DNA of 64,000 bases from Desulfobacterales bacterium. GTDB lineage: Bacteria > Desulfobacterota > Desulfobulbia > Desulfobulbales > JAGXFP01. Shown here piece after piece: positions 34,275 to 44,205 of the stretch (the first letter of the stretch is position 1; the number at the start of each line of letters is the position of its first letter). The translations under genes and the position numbers were made by a program. Where the stretch lies: positions 11,905 to 75,904 of the forward strand of contig JAGXFP010000050.1 in the NCBI GenBank assembly GCA_024637225.1, in the 5' to 3' direction. Below the pieces are notes generated by a model that saw only the letters and a list, made by a program, of their open reading frames with translations, was not told the origin of the DNA and did not search any database.

Positions 34275-35696
34275 TCAGCAGAGCGGTTCCAGGGAAGTAC
34301 TGCGGCACATGAGGTTTTCCAGTTCCGGCCGCTCGCAGGAAAGCTTCTTCATGCCGTTCCGTAAAGCCGATTGCAACCCTTCCTCCACGGTCGGATGGTA
34401 GTAGGGAAAGCGGAGAATATCGAAAACGGTCAAATTCTCCTGAATGGCCCAGGCCAGCAGATGGGCGAGATGCTCACCGCCTGGGGCTGCCATCTCGCCT
34501 CCCAGCAGGCGGCCGTCATTCTTGTCGAGATAGATCCGGGCGAGTCCCCGGTTTTCAGCGCGCATCCGCGCCCGCCCCTGTCTGCCGAAATCATATTCAC
34601 CGATAACCACATCATCAGAGTCGCTGAGCTCCGCAAACGATGCCCCGACCATGGCGATCTGGGGATCGGAATAGACAATCGCCAAAGGTGTCCGCCGCCG
34701 GAAGCAGTTGGCTTCCTTACGCACGGCGTTGTAACCGGCGATATGACCTTCGTCGTTGGCCTCATGGAGAATGGCTCGTTCGTTGTTCACGTCTCCGGCA
34801 ATAAAGATCGGCGAGTCCCCGATCCGCATCGATTCACGATCGAAGACGGGAACCCCGTGGGCGTCAGTTTCGAGATCAAGCTCCTCAAGGCCCAGACCGG
34901 AGAGATTGGGCCGCCGCCCCGTGCATAACAGGGCCTTTTCGACCATAACCCGCTGATTCCTGCTCTGAAGGAGCAATTCTTCGCCCTGCCGAAGCGGGTC
35001 CACTTTAGCGCCGAGATTGATTGAGTATTCCTCCCGCAGAGCGGCCAGCGCCGCCGAGTTCACTTCCGGGTCGGTCAGCCCCGCCGCCATATCGGCGAGA
35101 TGAAAACCGTGCACCTCAATCCCCAGACGGCTTAAGGCCTGGGAGAACTCGATCCCGGAAGGGCCGAGCCCGATTACCGCCATGCGGCGGGGCAGTTGAT
35201 CTAGTTCGAAAAATTGATCGGTGGTGACCACCAGACCGCCCAGGTTTTCCCAGCCGGATGGAATTATCGGACTGGAGCCGGTGGCGATTACCACCCGGCC
35301 CGCCTCGACGATGTCGTCGCCGATCCGCAGAACCGCGGGCTCGATAAACCGCGCCGGCGCCTCGATGCTTTTTTCACCGAGAGCCTTGGTTCCCTTGACT
35401 GTCCCGGCCACGAAGCGATCCCGCAGACCTTTGACGTAGGCCAGGGCATCCTTCGACTCCAGGCTCAGATTTTCTACCCCGGCAACTCCCATCCCGGCCA
35501 TGATCCGGCGGGAATGGAAGACCGCGGCGACTTCGCACAGGGTTTTGGTAGGCATGCAGGCCACCCGGGCGCAAGTAGTGCCGTAGGGTCCCTGATTGAC
35601 CAGCAGGAAGTCATCGGTTACCCGTTTGACCTCGGCCACCGCCGACAGCCCCGCCGTTCCGGCGCCGATAATCACCACTTCAACTCTCTTCGTCAT
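34275..35696 (-). CDS. Class I pyridine-nucleotide-disulfide oxidoreductase (dihydrolipoamide dehydrogenase-like flavoprotein)
   Basis: FAD-binding site VVIIGAGTAGLSA. Redox-active CxxxxC (TTCARVACMPTK). Second dinucleotide fold MAVIGLGPSGIE. C-terminal HPTVEE dimer-interface motif. The start overlaps the atpG stop (ATGA). Confidence 0.85.
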   Translation of the reverse strand: MTKRVEVVIIGAGTAGLSAVAEVKRVTDDFLLVNQGPYGTTCARVACMPTKTLCEVAAVFHSRRIMAGMGVAGVENLSLESKDALAYVKGLRDRFVAGTVKGTKALGEKSIEAPARFIEPAVLRIGDDIVEAGRVVIATGSSPIIPSGWENLGGLVVTTDQFFELDQLPRRMAVIGLGPSGIEFSQALSRLGIEVHGFHLADMAAGLTDPEVNSAALAALREEYSINLGAKVDPLRQGEELLLQSRNQRVMVEKALLCTGRRPNLSGLGLEELDLETDAHGVPVFDRESMRIGDSPIFIAGDVNNERAILHEANDEGHIAGYNAVRKEANCFRRRTPLAIVYSDPQIAMVGASFAELSDSDDVVIGEYDFGRQGRARMRAENRGLARIYLDKNDGRLLGGEMAAPGGEHLAHLLAWAIQENLTVFDILRFPYYHPTVEEGLQSALRNGMKKLSCERPELENLMCRSTSLEPLC

Positions 35697-36613
35697 GTGA
35701 TCTCCTCCTCTGAGCCTTGCTTTTGCGCCAATGCTTCAAACCCGGCAACTATATCGAGCAGTTCCTCGGTAATCGACATCTGCCGATTGCGGTTATATTC
35801 GGCTTGCAGATCTTCAAGGCGCTCCTTGATGCTTTTTTCCGCGCCTTGCATGGAGGCGAGGCGGCTGGCGTTTTCACTGGCCAGGGAGGCGGCAAGCGCT
35901 TTGAACAGAGAGACAAAAAGATATTGGCGGATCAGGCTGGCGAAAAGGGTCGCCCAAGGCACCGTGAAACGGGGCAGATTGTTGGTCGGCCACTCATTGC
36001 GCCGGTACTCGACCAGGCGGGGATGTTCCACCGGCAGCAATTGCAGGTCCCGGGGATCAAACCGGGCGCCGCCGACCGGTTCGCAATAGCAGAGCAGGAT
36101 CCGGCCCACCTTTTCCCGCTGCCGCCATTCATCGATAATCAGTAGAATCTCCTGAACCTTGGCGCCGATATGGCTTGCCGAAGTGGGCACGGTCAGATAT
36201 TCCCCGACCGTGGCCCCAGCTTCTTCCAGACGCCCGACTACCCGTTCGCCGATCGCCAGGAAATAAGTCTCGGCATCGGCTCCGTTACCCTTATGTTTTT
36301 CCAGGGTTTTCAGGGCGTGGGAAACCACCAGGTCGTTGAGCTGCCCGCACATGCCCATGTCGGACCCGAAGACAATGACTCCGATCGGGCCTTCCGCCTC
36401 CGCATAAGCCTTCCGGTCAAGGCGGCCCGCTTCCTCCGATGAAAGGGCCACCCCGAGGCCGAGCTCGACGGTGCGAAAATATTCCCGCAACGACTCCACC
36501 GCCCGCTCGAATTGCCTGATGTTCACCGCCGCCATGGCCTTCATGGTCTTGACCACGGTGTGCAGATCGGTGGTGCTGGCGATGGTTTTCTTCAATCCCT
36601 CAATGGTCTGCAT
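35693..36613 (-). CDS. atpG: N-type ATPase gamma subunit
   Basis: N-terminus MQTIEGLKKTIASTTDLHTVVKTMKAMAAV and C-terminal ...RQMSITEELLDIV helix, both typical of F-type gamma. Last gene in the atpDCQRBEFAG order. Confidence 0.85.
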   Translation of the reverse strand: MQTIEGLKKTIASTTDLHTVVKTMKAMAAVNIRQFERAVESLREYFRTVELGLGVALSSEEAGRLDRKAYAEAEGPIGVIVFGSDMGMCGQLNDLVVSHALKTLEKHKGNGADAETYFLAIGERVVGRLEEAGATVGEYLTVPTSASHIGAKVQEILLIIDEWRQREKVGRILLCYCEPVGGARFDPRDLQLLPVEHPRLVEYRRNEWPTNNLPRFTVPWATLFASLIRQYLFVSLFKALAASLASENASRLASMQGAEKSIKERLEDLQAEYNRNRQMSITEELLDIVAGFEALAQKQGSEEEIT

Positions 36614-36622
36614 CGACGCCTC

Positions 36623-38134
36623 TCAACGGTCCAGCTGTCTCCTCGCCATCTCGGCCAGGCTTTGCAGTTCTTTATCGTCCAACTTTTCGCCGTTCTCGAT
36701 TTTCCGGGTCAGGGCTTCGAACTCTTGATCGAAGTTCTTGCGGATTTTTTCCTCCACCGCGCCGATTTCCTCCGGTTCGATGCCGTCGAAGACCCCCTGG
36801 TTGGCCGCGACCAGGATGCCGATCTGATGTGCGGCCGGCATCGGGTTGTACTGTTTCTGTTTCAACACCGCCCGGATCCGGCGACCCCGGTCCAGAGTCT
36901 TCCGGGTATCTTCGTCAAGCCGGGTGCCGAAACGCGAAAAGGCCTCCAGTTCTTCGAACTGGCTGTAGGCGAGTTTGAGATCCCCGGTCACCGCCCGGTA
37001 GGCAGCGAGCTGGGTCTTACCACCCACCCTGGAAACCGAGCGGCCGACATCGACCGCCGGCAGGATGCCCTTGCGGAAAAGCTCCGGCGACAGGTAGATC
37101 TGGCCGTCGGTAATCGAAATCAGGTTGGTGGGGATATAGGCGGAAATATTCTGGGCCTCGGTCTCGACGATGGGCAGGGTGGTAAGCGAGCCGCCGCCGT
37201 GTTCCTCCCTCAGATGGGTGGAGCGCTCAAGCAGGCGGGCGTGGATATAAAAGATGTCGCCGGGAAAGGCCTCCCGGCCCGGCGGCCGGCGCAGCAACAG
37301 CGACAGTTCCCGGTAGGCGCGGGCATGCCGGGTCAGGTCGTCCAAAACGATCAGCACGTCCCGGCCGCGGGACATGTGATATTCACCCAGGCTCATCGCG
37401 GCATAGGGGGCGGAGAATTGCAGCCCCGGCGGATCGTCCTCGGAGCTCATCACCACCGTGGTGTAATTCATGGCCCCATATTGCTTCAGATCAGCAATGA
37501 CCTTGGCCACCGCCGAGGCCCTTTTGCCGATCGCGCAGTAAATGCAGAGCACATCCCGACCCCGCTGATTGATAATCGCATCCACCGCAATCGCGGTTTT
37601 GCCGGTCTGGCGGTCGCCCAGGATCAATTCCCGCTGGCCCCGGCCGATCGGAATCAGGGCATCGACGACCTTGATGCCTGAGGCGAGGGGCTCGGTAACC
37701 GGGGCTCGATCCATAATGCCGGGAGCCGGACGCTCCACCGGCCAGCGTTCGTCGGCGATAATGGCGCCCTGGGCGTCGAGGGGATTGCCCAGGGCATCGA
37801 CCACCCTGCCGGCAAGGCTTTCGGATACCGGAAAATCAAGGACCCGGTTCTCGCCGCGCACCTCGCCGCCGGAGCCGATTCCAGCGCTGCTGCCCAGCAG
37901 AACCGCACCGGTCAGATCGCGATCCAGATTGAAGGCAAGCCCCCTGGTACCATCGGCGAAGACCAGGATCTCGTCAACCAGCACTCCCTGGAGATCACTT
38001 ACCAGGGCAATCCCGGAGCCGACATAGCTCACCGTGCCGGCCTGCCGGGCCGACGGTTTCGGAGGAACCTTCTCCCGGGCCTGTCGGAAAGCGGTTTCGG
38101 CTTCCTCCAGGATTTTCTGCAAATCCTCAGTCAC
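36623..38134 (-). CDS. atpA: N-type ATPase alpha subunit
   Basis: Walker A GDRQTGKT and overall alpha-subunit sequence. I chose the GTG at 38134 as the start. It gives an 8-nt overlap with the atpF stop, the same geometry as three other junctions in this operon. Confidence 0.9.
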   Translation of the reverse strand: MTEDLQKILEEAETAFRQAREKVPPKPSARQAGTVSYVGSGIALVSDLQGVLVDEILVFADGTRGLAFNLDRDLTGAVLLGSSAGIGSGGEVRGENRVLDFPVSESLAGRVVDALGNPLDAQGAIIADERWPVERPAPGIMDRAPVTEPLASGIKVVDALIPIGRGQRELILGDRQTGKTAIAVDAIINQRGRDVLCIYCAIGKRASAVAKVIADLKQYGAMNYTTVVMSSEDDPPGLQFSAPYAAMSLGEYHMSRGRDVLIVLDDLTRHARAYRELSLLLRRPPGREAFPGDIFYIHARLLERSTHLREEHGGGSLTTLPIVETEAQNISAYIPTNLISITDGQIYLSPELFRKGILPAVDVGRSVSRVGGKTQLAAYRAVTGDLKLAYSQFEELEAFSRFGTRLDEDTRKTLDRGRRIRAVLKQKQYNPMPAAHQIGILVAANQGVFDGIEPEEIGAVEEKIRKNFDQEFEALTRKIENGEKLDDKELQSLAEMARRQLDR

Positions 38135-38972
38135 CTTGATCCCCGTTATTATCGGTTTCCCCGGCGTCGTCGACCGGTTCGGCGTTATCGTCCTTTGCAG
38201 CGGAATCCCCGCCTTGCCGACTGGCGAAAAGTTCCTGCAGCTGATCCTCAAGCATGGTCAGATACCGGCTCAGGGAGAGTGAGATCCGGTAACCGGCCAC
38301 CTGCAATTCCAGACCCATAATCACCTCGGGGCTGGTGGTAAACCGGACCCGGTGTTCCCGGTCAACAATCTCGGCACAGACCTTCTCGATCTCCTGGCGT
38401 TGCTTATCGTCAAGCTCGTATGCACTTACCACCGTGACCTTGCCGCCGCCCTTTGCCACTCCGGCCGCCAAGGCCTGCCGGTCCTCCTGCTCAAGCTCTT
38501 TAACCATTTTGACAAAACGTTCGACCAGACGCCCTTCCAGTTCCCGGTCTCCCAGGTCGGCGAAAAAACTCCCGGCCATGGCGTAGGTCTCCCGGCCGAT
38601 CAGCTCCTTGAGATGGTGCACGAAAGATTTTTTCTCGCGATCAAGGTCCTCCCGCCATCGTTCGCGGAGTTTTTCGACCTCCCCGCGCGCTTCCGATATC
38701 TTTGCCCCGCGCCATTTCCGGGCCTCTTCGCGCGCCTCATCGAGCATCGCCTTCTTGCGCTCGTCTAACTCGCGGCGTTCCTCGCCCAGTTCCTGCCTCT
38801 CCTCTTCCGCCGCCTTTTTGGTCTCCTCGCTGTCGGTGAGACGCTCATCGATTTTCCGCTGCCGTTCGTCCATAACCGCGATCACCCGATCATAGAGAAA
38901 ATATTTCAACAGCCCCATCAGGATCAGAAAATTGATGATCTGGGCGATAACGGTAAACCAGTCGATCAGCAC
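38127..38972 (-). CDS. atpF: N-type ATPase b subunit, with a C-terminal extension that looks delta/OSCP-like
   Basis: One N-terminal transmembrane helix and a long charged coiled coil. This is followed by ...VTVVSAYELDDKQRQEIEKV...VRFTTSPEVIMGLELQVAGYRISLSL..., resembling the delta C-terminal domain. There is no separate delta gene in the operon. Confidence 0.7.
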   Translation of the reverse strand: MLIDWFTVIAQIINFLILMGLLKYFLYDRVIAVMDERQRKIDERLTDSEETKKAAEEERQELGEERRELDERKKAMLDEAREEARKWRGAKISEARGEVEKLRERWREDLDREKKSFVHHLKELIGRETYAMAGSFFADLGDRELEGRLVERFVKMVKELEQEDRQALAAGVAKGGGKVTVVSAYELDDKQRQEIEKVCAEIVDREHRVRFTTSPEVIMGLELQVAGYRISLSLSRYLTMLEDQLQELFASRQGGDSAAKDDNAEPVDDAGETDNNGDQGD

Positions 38973-38976
38973 CCTC

Positions 38977-39255
38977 TCACCCTCCCGCCGCGTCCTTGAA
39001 ATATTCCCAGAACGGATTGGCGAACAATAGAATCATCGAGACCACGAAACAGTAGATCGCGGTGGACTCGATCATCGCCAGCCCCACGAAGAGCGTCCTG
39101 GTTATGGTGTTGGTTTCGTCGGGCTGCTGGGCGATGGCGCTCAAGGCCTGGGCCACGGCCCGGCCTTCGCCGAGGGCCGGGCCGATGGCGCCGATGGCGA
39201 TGGTGATGCCGGCCGTAAAGACCGAGACCATGCCGATTAGAGCAATGCTATCCAT
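38977..39255 (-). CDS. atpE: N-type ATPase c subunit (92 aa)
   Basis: MDSIALIGMVSVFTAGITIAIGAIGPALGEGRAVAQALSAIAQQPDE...LFVGLAMIESTAIYCFVVSMILLF. This is a hairpin proteolipid with an ESTxxY ion-site motif. Confidence 0.9.
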   Translation of the reverse strand: MDSIALIGMVSVFTAGITIAIGAIGPALGEGRAVAQALSAIAQQPDETNTITRTLFVGLAMIESTAIYCFVVSMILLFANPFWEYFKDAAGG

Positions 39256-39991
39256 GTTCTTCTCCTTTATTGATTTGCGGTTGATTGTTCTTTTCAAGTT
39301 GTTTCTCTTCTTTCTGCCGGCGGGCGCGGGTGGCGGAAGCAATATAGACCGCCGCCAGAACCGCAAAGATATAGGCCTGGATCAGGCCGGTGAGCAATCC
39401 CAGGGCATGCATCAGCACCGGCACGAAAAGAGGGGCTATTGAAAGCAGGATCAGAATGATCTTGCCGCCGCTCATCATGTTGCCGAACAGACGGACCGCC
39501 AGGGCCAGGGTCCGCGACAGCTCCCCCATGATATTGAAAGGCAGCATGAAGGGCGTCGGGGTGATATAGAGCTTGAGATAGCCCCGCAAGCCCTGGTCCC
39601 TGATCCCGAATAGCGGCACCGCGAAAAATACCGCCAGAGCCAGACCGGCGGTGGTCGACAGTGACGAGGTGGGCGCGATAAATCCGGGGATTACGGTCAG
39701 GGTGTTGGAGACCACGATAAACAGGAACAGCGTGCCGATAAACGGCAGATAGGTCAGGGGATCCTGATGAACGATCTGGCCGAGCTGCTCGCGCATCTGG
39801 CTGACCACTATTTCCAGAAGATTCTGCCAGCGGCTCATCTTGTAGCCCGCGGAAATTCTTCTGGTAATGAGAATAGCGGCCAGGACCAGGAGCAGCATGA
39901 CAAGCCAGGTGAAGACGATGGTGGCATTCAGCGAAGCCCACTGCCATTGCCAATAGATGACCTGATCGGGGCTTATATCCTGGATATTCAT
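39248..39991 (-). CDS. atpB: N-type ATPase a subunit
   Basis: Polytopic protein with the conserved stator Arg in LALAVRLFGNMMSG. The start overlaps the atpR stop (ATGA) and the stop overlaps the atpE start by 8 nt. Confidence 0.85.
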   Translation of the reverse strand: MNIQDISPDQVIYWQWQWASLNATIVFTWLVMLLLVLAAILITRRISAGYKMSRWQNLLEIVVSQMREQLGQIVHQDPLTYLPFIGTLFLFIVVSNTLTVIPGFIAPTSSLSTTAGLALAVFFAVPLFGIRDQGLRGYLKLYITPTPFMLPFNIMGELSRTLALAVRLFGNMMSGGKIILILLSIAPLFVPVLMHALGLLTGLIQAYIFAVLAAVYIASATRARRQKEEKQLEKNNQPQINKGEEHG

Positions 39992-40290
39992 TGCCTGACT
40001 CCACGTTCAACGTCCGGCCCCGATGCATCGGGGCCATAAAACCGGGTCATCGCCATCCGGGCCGCAATAAAGCCCAGAGCCGCGCCGGCATAGATCAAAG
40101 GCTGCCTCCCGGCGACCATGAACAAAACCCCGCCCGCGATCAGGACCCGGCACAGGAAACTTCCGAAGAGAAAACGGCCGGGATGCCTGCACGAAGGCAT
40201 CCGCCGGACCGTCCACCAGAGACCGCCGAAATAGCCCGCCCCGGCAAGAATCCCCACCGCCGCCCCCATGAAAATATCGCCTGAAAACAT
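39988..40290 (-). CDS. atpR: N-ATPase accessory membrane protein AtpR
   Basis: Three transmembrane helices and a GGLWWTVRR motif. GAGGAGGAGGAG lies upstream of the ATG. It sits between atpQ and atpB, as in N-ATPase operons. Confidence 0.7.
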   Translation of the reverse strand: MFSGDIFMGAAVGILAGAGYFGGLWWTVRRMPSCRHPGRFLFGSFLCRVLIAGGVLFMVAGRQPLIYAGAALGFIAARMAMTRFYGPDASGPDVERGVRQ

Positions 40291-40300
40291 CTCCTCCTCC

Positions 40301-40498
40301 TCAGCTTAAGGCGGCCATTTGACCAGCAGCGGCTTGACGGCCAGGGGCGCAACAATGCAGCTTATCGCCGAGACAATGGCCAGTTTCCTTATGCAAGACT
40401 TGCTCTTCCCGCCAGACACCAACCGAGATGCCGACACTGGTGGCGGTCATGGCACTCAGCAGAACGAGCAGGGGATAGTCAATATTGTATTCAGTCAT
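40301..40498 (-). CDS. Possible extra small ORF (65 aa, one transmembrane helix) between atpQ and atpR
   Basis: MTEYNIDYPLLVLLSAMTATSVGISVGVW.... GGGAGGG lies 5 nt upstream. There is an 8-nt overlap with the atpQ stop (ATGACTGA). It fills an otherwise unexplained gap of about 200 nt. Confidence 0.3.
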   Translation of the reverse strand: MTEYNIDYPLLVLLSAMTATSVGISVGVWREEQVLHKETGHCLGDKLHCCAPGRQAAAGQMAALS

Positions 40499-40805
40499 GC
40501 CGGCCCTCCCGCTGCACCCATAACCAGGCGTTAAGACAACCAAGCGCAACCCCGATCACCATGCACATCAGGGTCCAAGAAAAACGGCTGTTGGTTGTTT
40601 TATCCAACCAGACCCCCAGGGCAATTCCAGCCAGGGTCGGAATTGCCACCGACCAACCAACCAGGCCGAACATCCCGAGACCGAACCAGACATCGCGGCC
40701 CTTCTCCCGCCGGGCCCGGATTTTACGGGATTCCTTGTCCGCGATCCGGTCAAGCAGTCCGGAAACCCTCTTGGTCTCGCCCTTTTCCGTTCTCTTCTCA
40801 GCCAT
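40491..40805 (-). CDS. atpQ: N-ATPase accessory membrane protein AtpQ (AtpZ/AtpI-like, 'ATPase_gene1' family)
   Basis: I trimmed the ORF to MAEKRTEKGE.... The segment FGLGMFGLVGWSVAIPTLAGIALGVWLD...WTLMCMVIGVALGCLNAWLWV matches my memory of this family. It overlaps the atpC stop by 8 nt. Confidence 0.75.
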   Translation of the reverse strand: MAEKRTEKGETKRVSGLLDRIADKESRKIRARREKGRDVWFGLGMFGLVGWSVAIPTLAGIALGVWLDKTTNSRFSWTLMCMVIGVALGCLNAWLWVQREGRHD

Positions 40806-41189
40806 ATTTCTGCATATCGTAAAATTTCCTGATAAAGCCAGTTTCGATCCGGGCCGCGGCCGCCCGGCTCTTTTTTTCCTGTTCATCAAGGTTCCGGAAC
40901 CGTTCCCCGATCAACCTTTCCAGCTCACCCAGATCTTCCCCCAGCACCCCGTCCCGGCTCGAAACCAGAACTTCGTCGCCCTGCTTGACTAATACCCCTT
41001 CATCGATGGCCAGAAATCGTTCTTTGCCGGCCGCGGCAGGAACAAAACTGAGGATGCCGGCAACCAGGGGCGCCACGCAATCGATATGGCGAGGCAGGAG
41101 ACCGAAAGAACCATCGGCGGCCTCAACCACAATCTTATCCACCTTTTCATCGACCAGGATGGCGGTGGGCAGCATTACCTTGAGTCGCA

Positions 41190-41190
<1 letters not shown>
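40798..41190 (-). CDS. atpC: N-type ATPase epsilon subunit
   Basis: MRLKVMLPTAILVDEKVDKIVVEAADGSFGLLPRHIDCVAPLVAGIL is the typical epsilon beta-sandwich. Its start overlaps the atpD stop. Confidence 0.85.
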
Positions 41191-42665
<1,475 letters not shown>

Positions 42666-43133
42666 TCAAAAGTTACCGGGATCAGGGGCAGCAGGTTTAC
42701 CCGGGCGGCCGAATACAGGTTAGTTCAATTTTCATACCATTATCGGGACAATCCGCGAAGGCAAATATCGATTGCTGCAAAATGGCGTCCCGGGCCGATT
42801 CGAACTAAAAAACAAAAGAGAGACCGGATCGACAGAAGGTGGAGGCAAGGGATTTTAGCGAATATATTCCCTTCTCTTACCGGTTTGACTTTCCTGTAGA
42901 ACAGGACATCTTCCTGTTGAGCAGGATATAGCCCACAATAACGGCCTCTGGATCGGCTTCCCTTCCGGGCCTTGGAAATCGTCAAATACCGGACCAGCAA
43001 CTGCAAGAAAAGAAGCGTACGAGCACCGGCGCTTAACTCATTCCGATTACGACAGGAAGAGCCTCGCCGGGCTCAAGCCTTTGGCATGCTAATTGAAAGA
43101 TTATCATCAAGGGACCGGGAATAAAATAAAATT

Positions 43134-43499
43134 ATGAGAAACATCATCGTCCAGCAATTTTTTAAAATAACCGGCAATTTCATCTACCTGATCGCCAGTA
43201 TCGCCTTGGTATCGATCAGTACGGTGATGATCGTTTATGCGCTTTCCCAGGTAATCCAGGCGATAATTACCCAGGAGCTGGTTATCGACAAGCTGCAGGG
43301 CGGGATCAGTTTGATCGTCATCGCCATCGCCGGTTTCGATGTAAGTAAATACCTGACCGAGGAAGAGGTATTGCGGGAAAGAGAACTCCGCTCTCCCCGG
43401 GAGGCCCGGCAGACGCTGACCAAATTCATGATCATTATCCTCATCGAGATCAGTCTTAATCCCTGGTCTTCACCTTCGGTTATGGCAAGAAAGATGTGA
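43134..43499 (+). CDS. Hypothetical membrane protein, possibly truncated by frameshifts
   Basis: Two clear transmembrane helices. Membrane-protein-like sequence continues downstream in the two other frames, to 43608. Confidence 0.4.
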   Translation: MRNIIVQQFFKITGNFIYLIASIALVSISTVMIVYALSQVIQAIITQELVIDKLQGGISLIVIAIAGFDVSKYLTEEEVLRERELRSPREARQTLTKFMIIILIEISLNPWSSPSVMARKM

Positions 43500-43710
43500 C
43501 GCCCTTATCTACCCCGCGATGCTGCTCGGGTTTGTCACCCTATTACTAATCGGAGTCGGCATCTACCAACGGATAAGTGTCAGAGTGGAGTATGAGAACA
43601 GGCCGTAGTCAGCCAAGTAAGGGCCAGGAATGTCAGTTAATAAATGAAAAGCGCCTGTCCCCGGGGACAGGACAACCCTGCCGGATAATCCTGAACAAAG
43701 GAGAAAAATC

Positions 43711-44106
43711 ATGAGTAAAATCGGGGAACTTTACCAAAGCGACGACTGGAAAAATGAAAAACACGTACCGGCAATCGAGGTTTCTGACACGGTGAAAAAG
43801 GGAGAGCCCTTTCAGGTCTCGGTCGGGGTGGGTAAGGAGATCTCTCACCCGAACACTACCGAGCACCACATCCGCTGGATCCAGCTGTTTTTCAAACCGG
43901 GCAACCACAAATTCCCTTACCAGGTCGGGGAATTCGCCTTCACGGCCCATACCGAATCGGCCGAAGGGGCCGACAAGGGACCGGTGATCACCGACCATCA
44001 GGTGGTCTGTACCTTGTCGGTCAAGGATTCCGGAACCCTGATCGCTACTTCGTTCTGCAATATCCACGGGCTTTGGGAAAACAGCATGGAGGTCAAGGCC
44101 GACTGA
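43711..44106 (+). CDS. sor: Superoxide reductase, 1Fe neelaredoxin type (class II SORL domain)
   Basis: EKHVP, HPNTTEHHIRWI and CNIHGLW ligand motifs. There is no N-terminal desulforedoxin domain. Confidence 0.9.
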   Translation: MSKIGELYQSDDWKNEKHVPAIEVSDTVKKGEPFQVSVGVGKEISHPNTTEHHIRWIQLFFKPGNHKFPYQVGEFAFTAHTESAEGADKGPVITDHQVVCTLSVKDSGTLIATSFCNIHGLWENSMEVKAD

Positions 44107-44205
44107 GTGAAAAGGGCAACCCGCCGACATCCCAATGAAATCATGCTGCCGGCGGAACCAATCCGGCATCCGCCTCAAAATCTAAAATCGAGGAGATATA
44201 CGCAA

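Noticed and set aside
43082-43097. Sigma54-like motif TGGCATgctaaTTGAA upstream of the 43134 membrane-protein gene.
   Set aside because: The spacing is right, but the invariant -12 GC is GA. This is too weak to call without experimental support.
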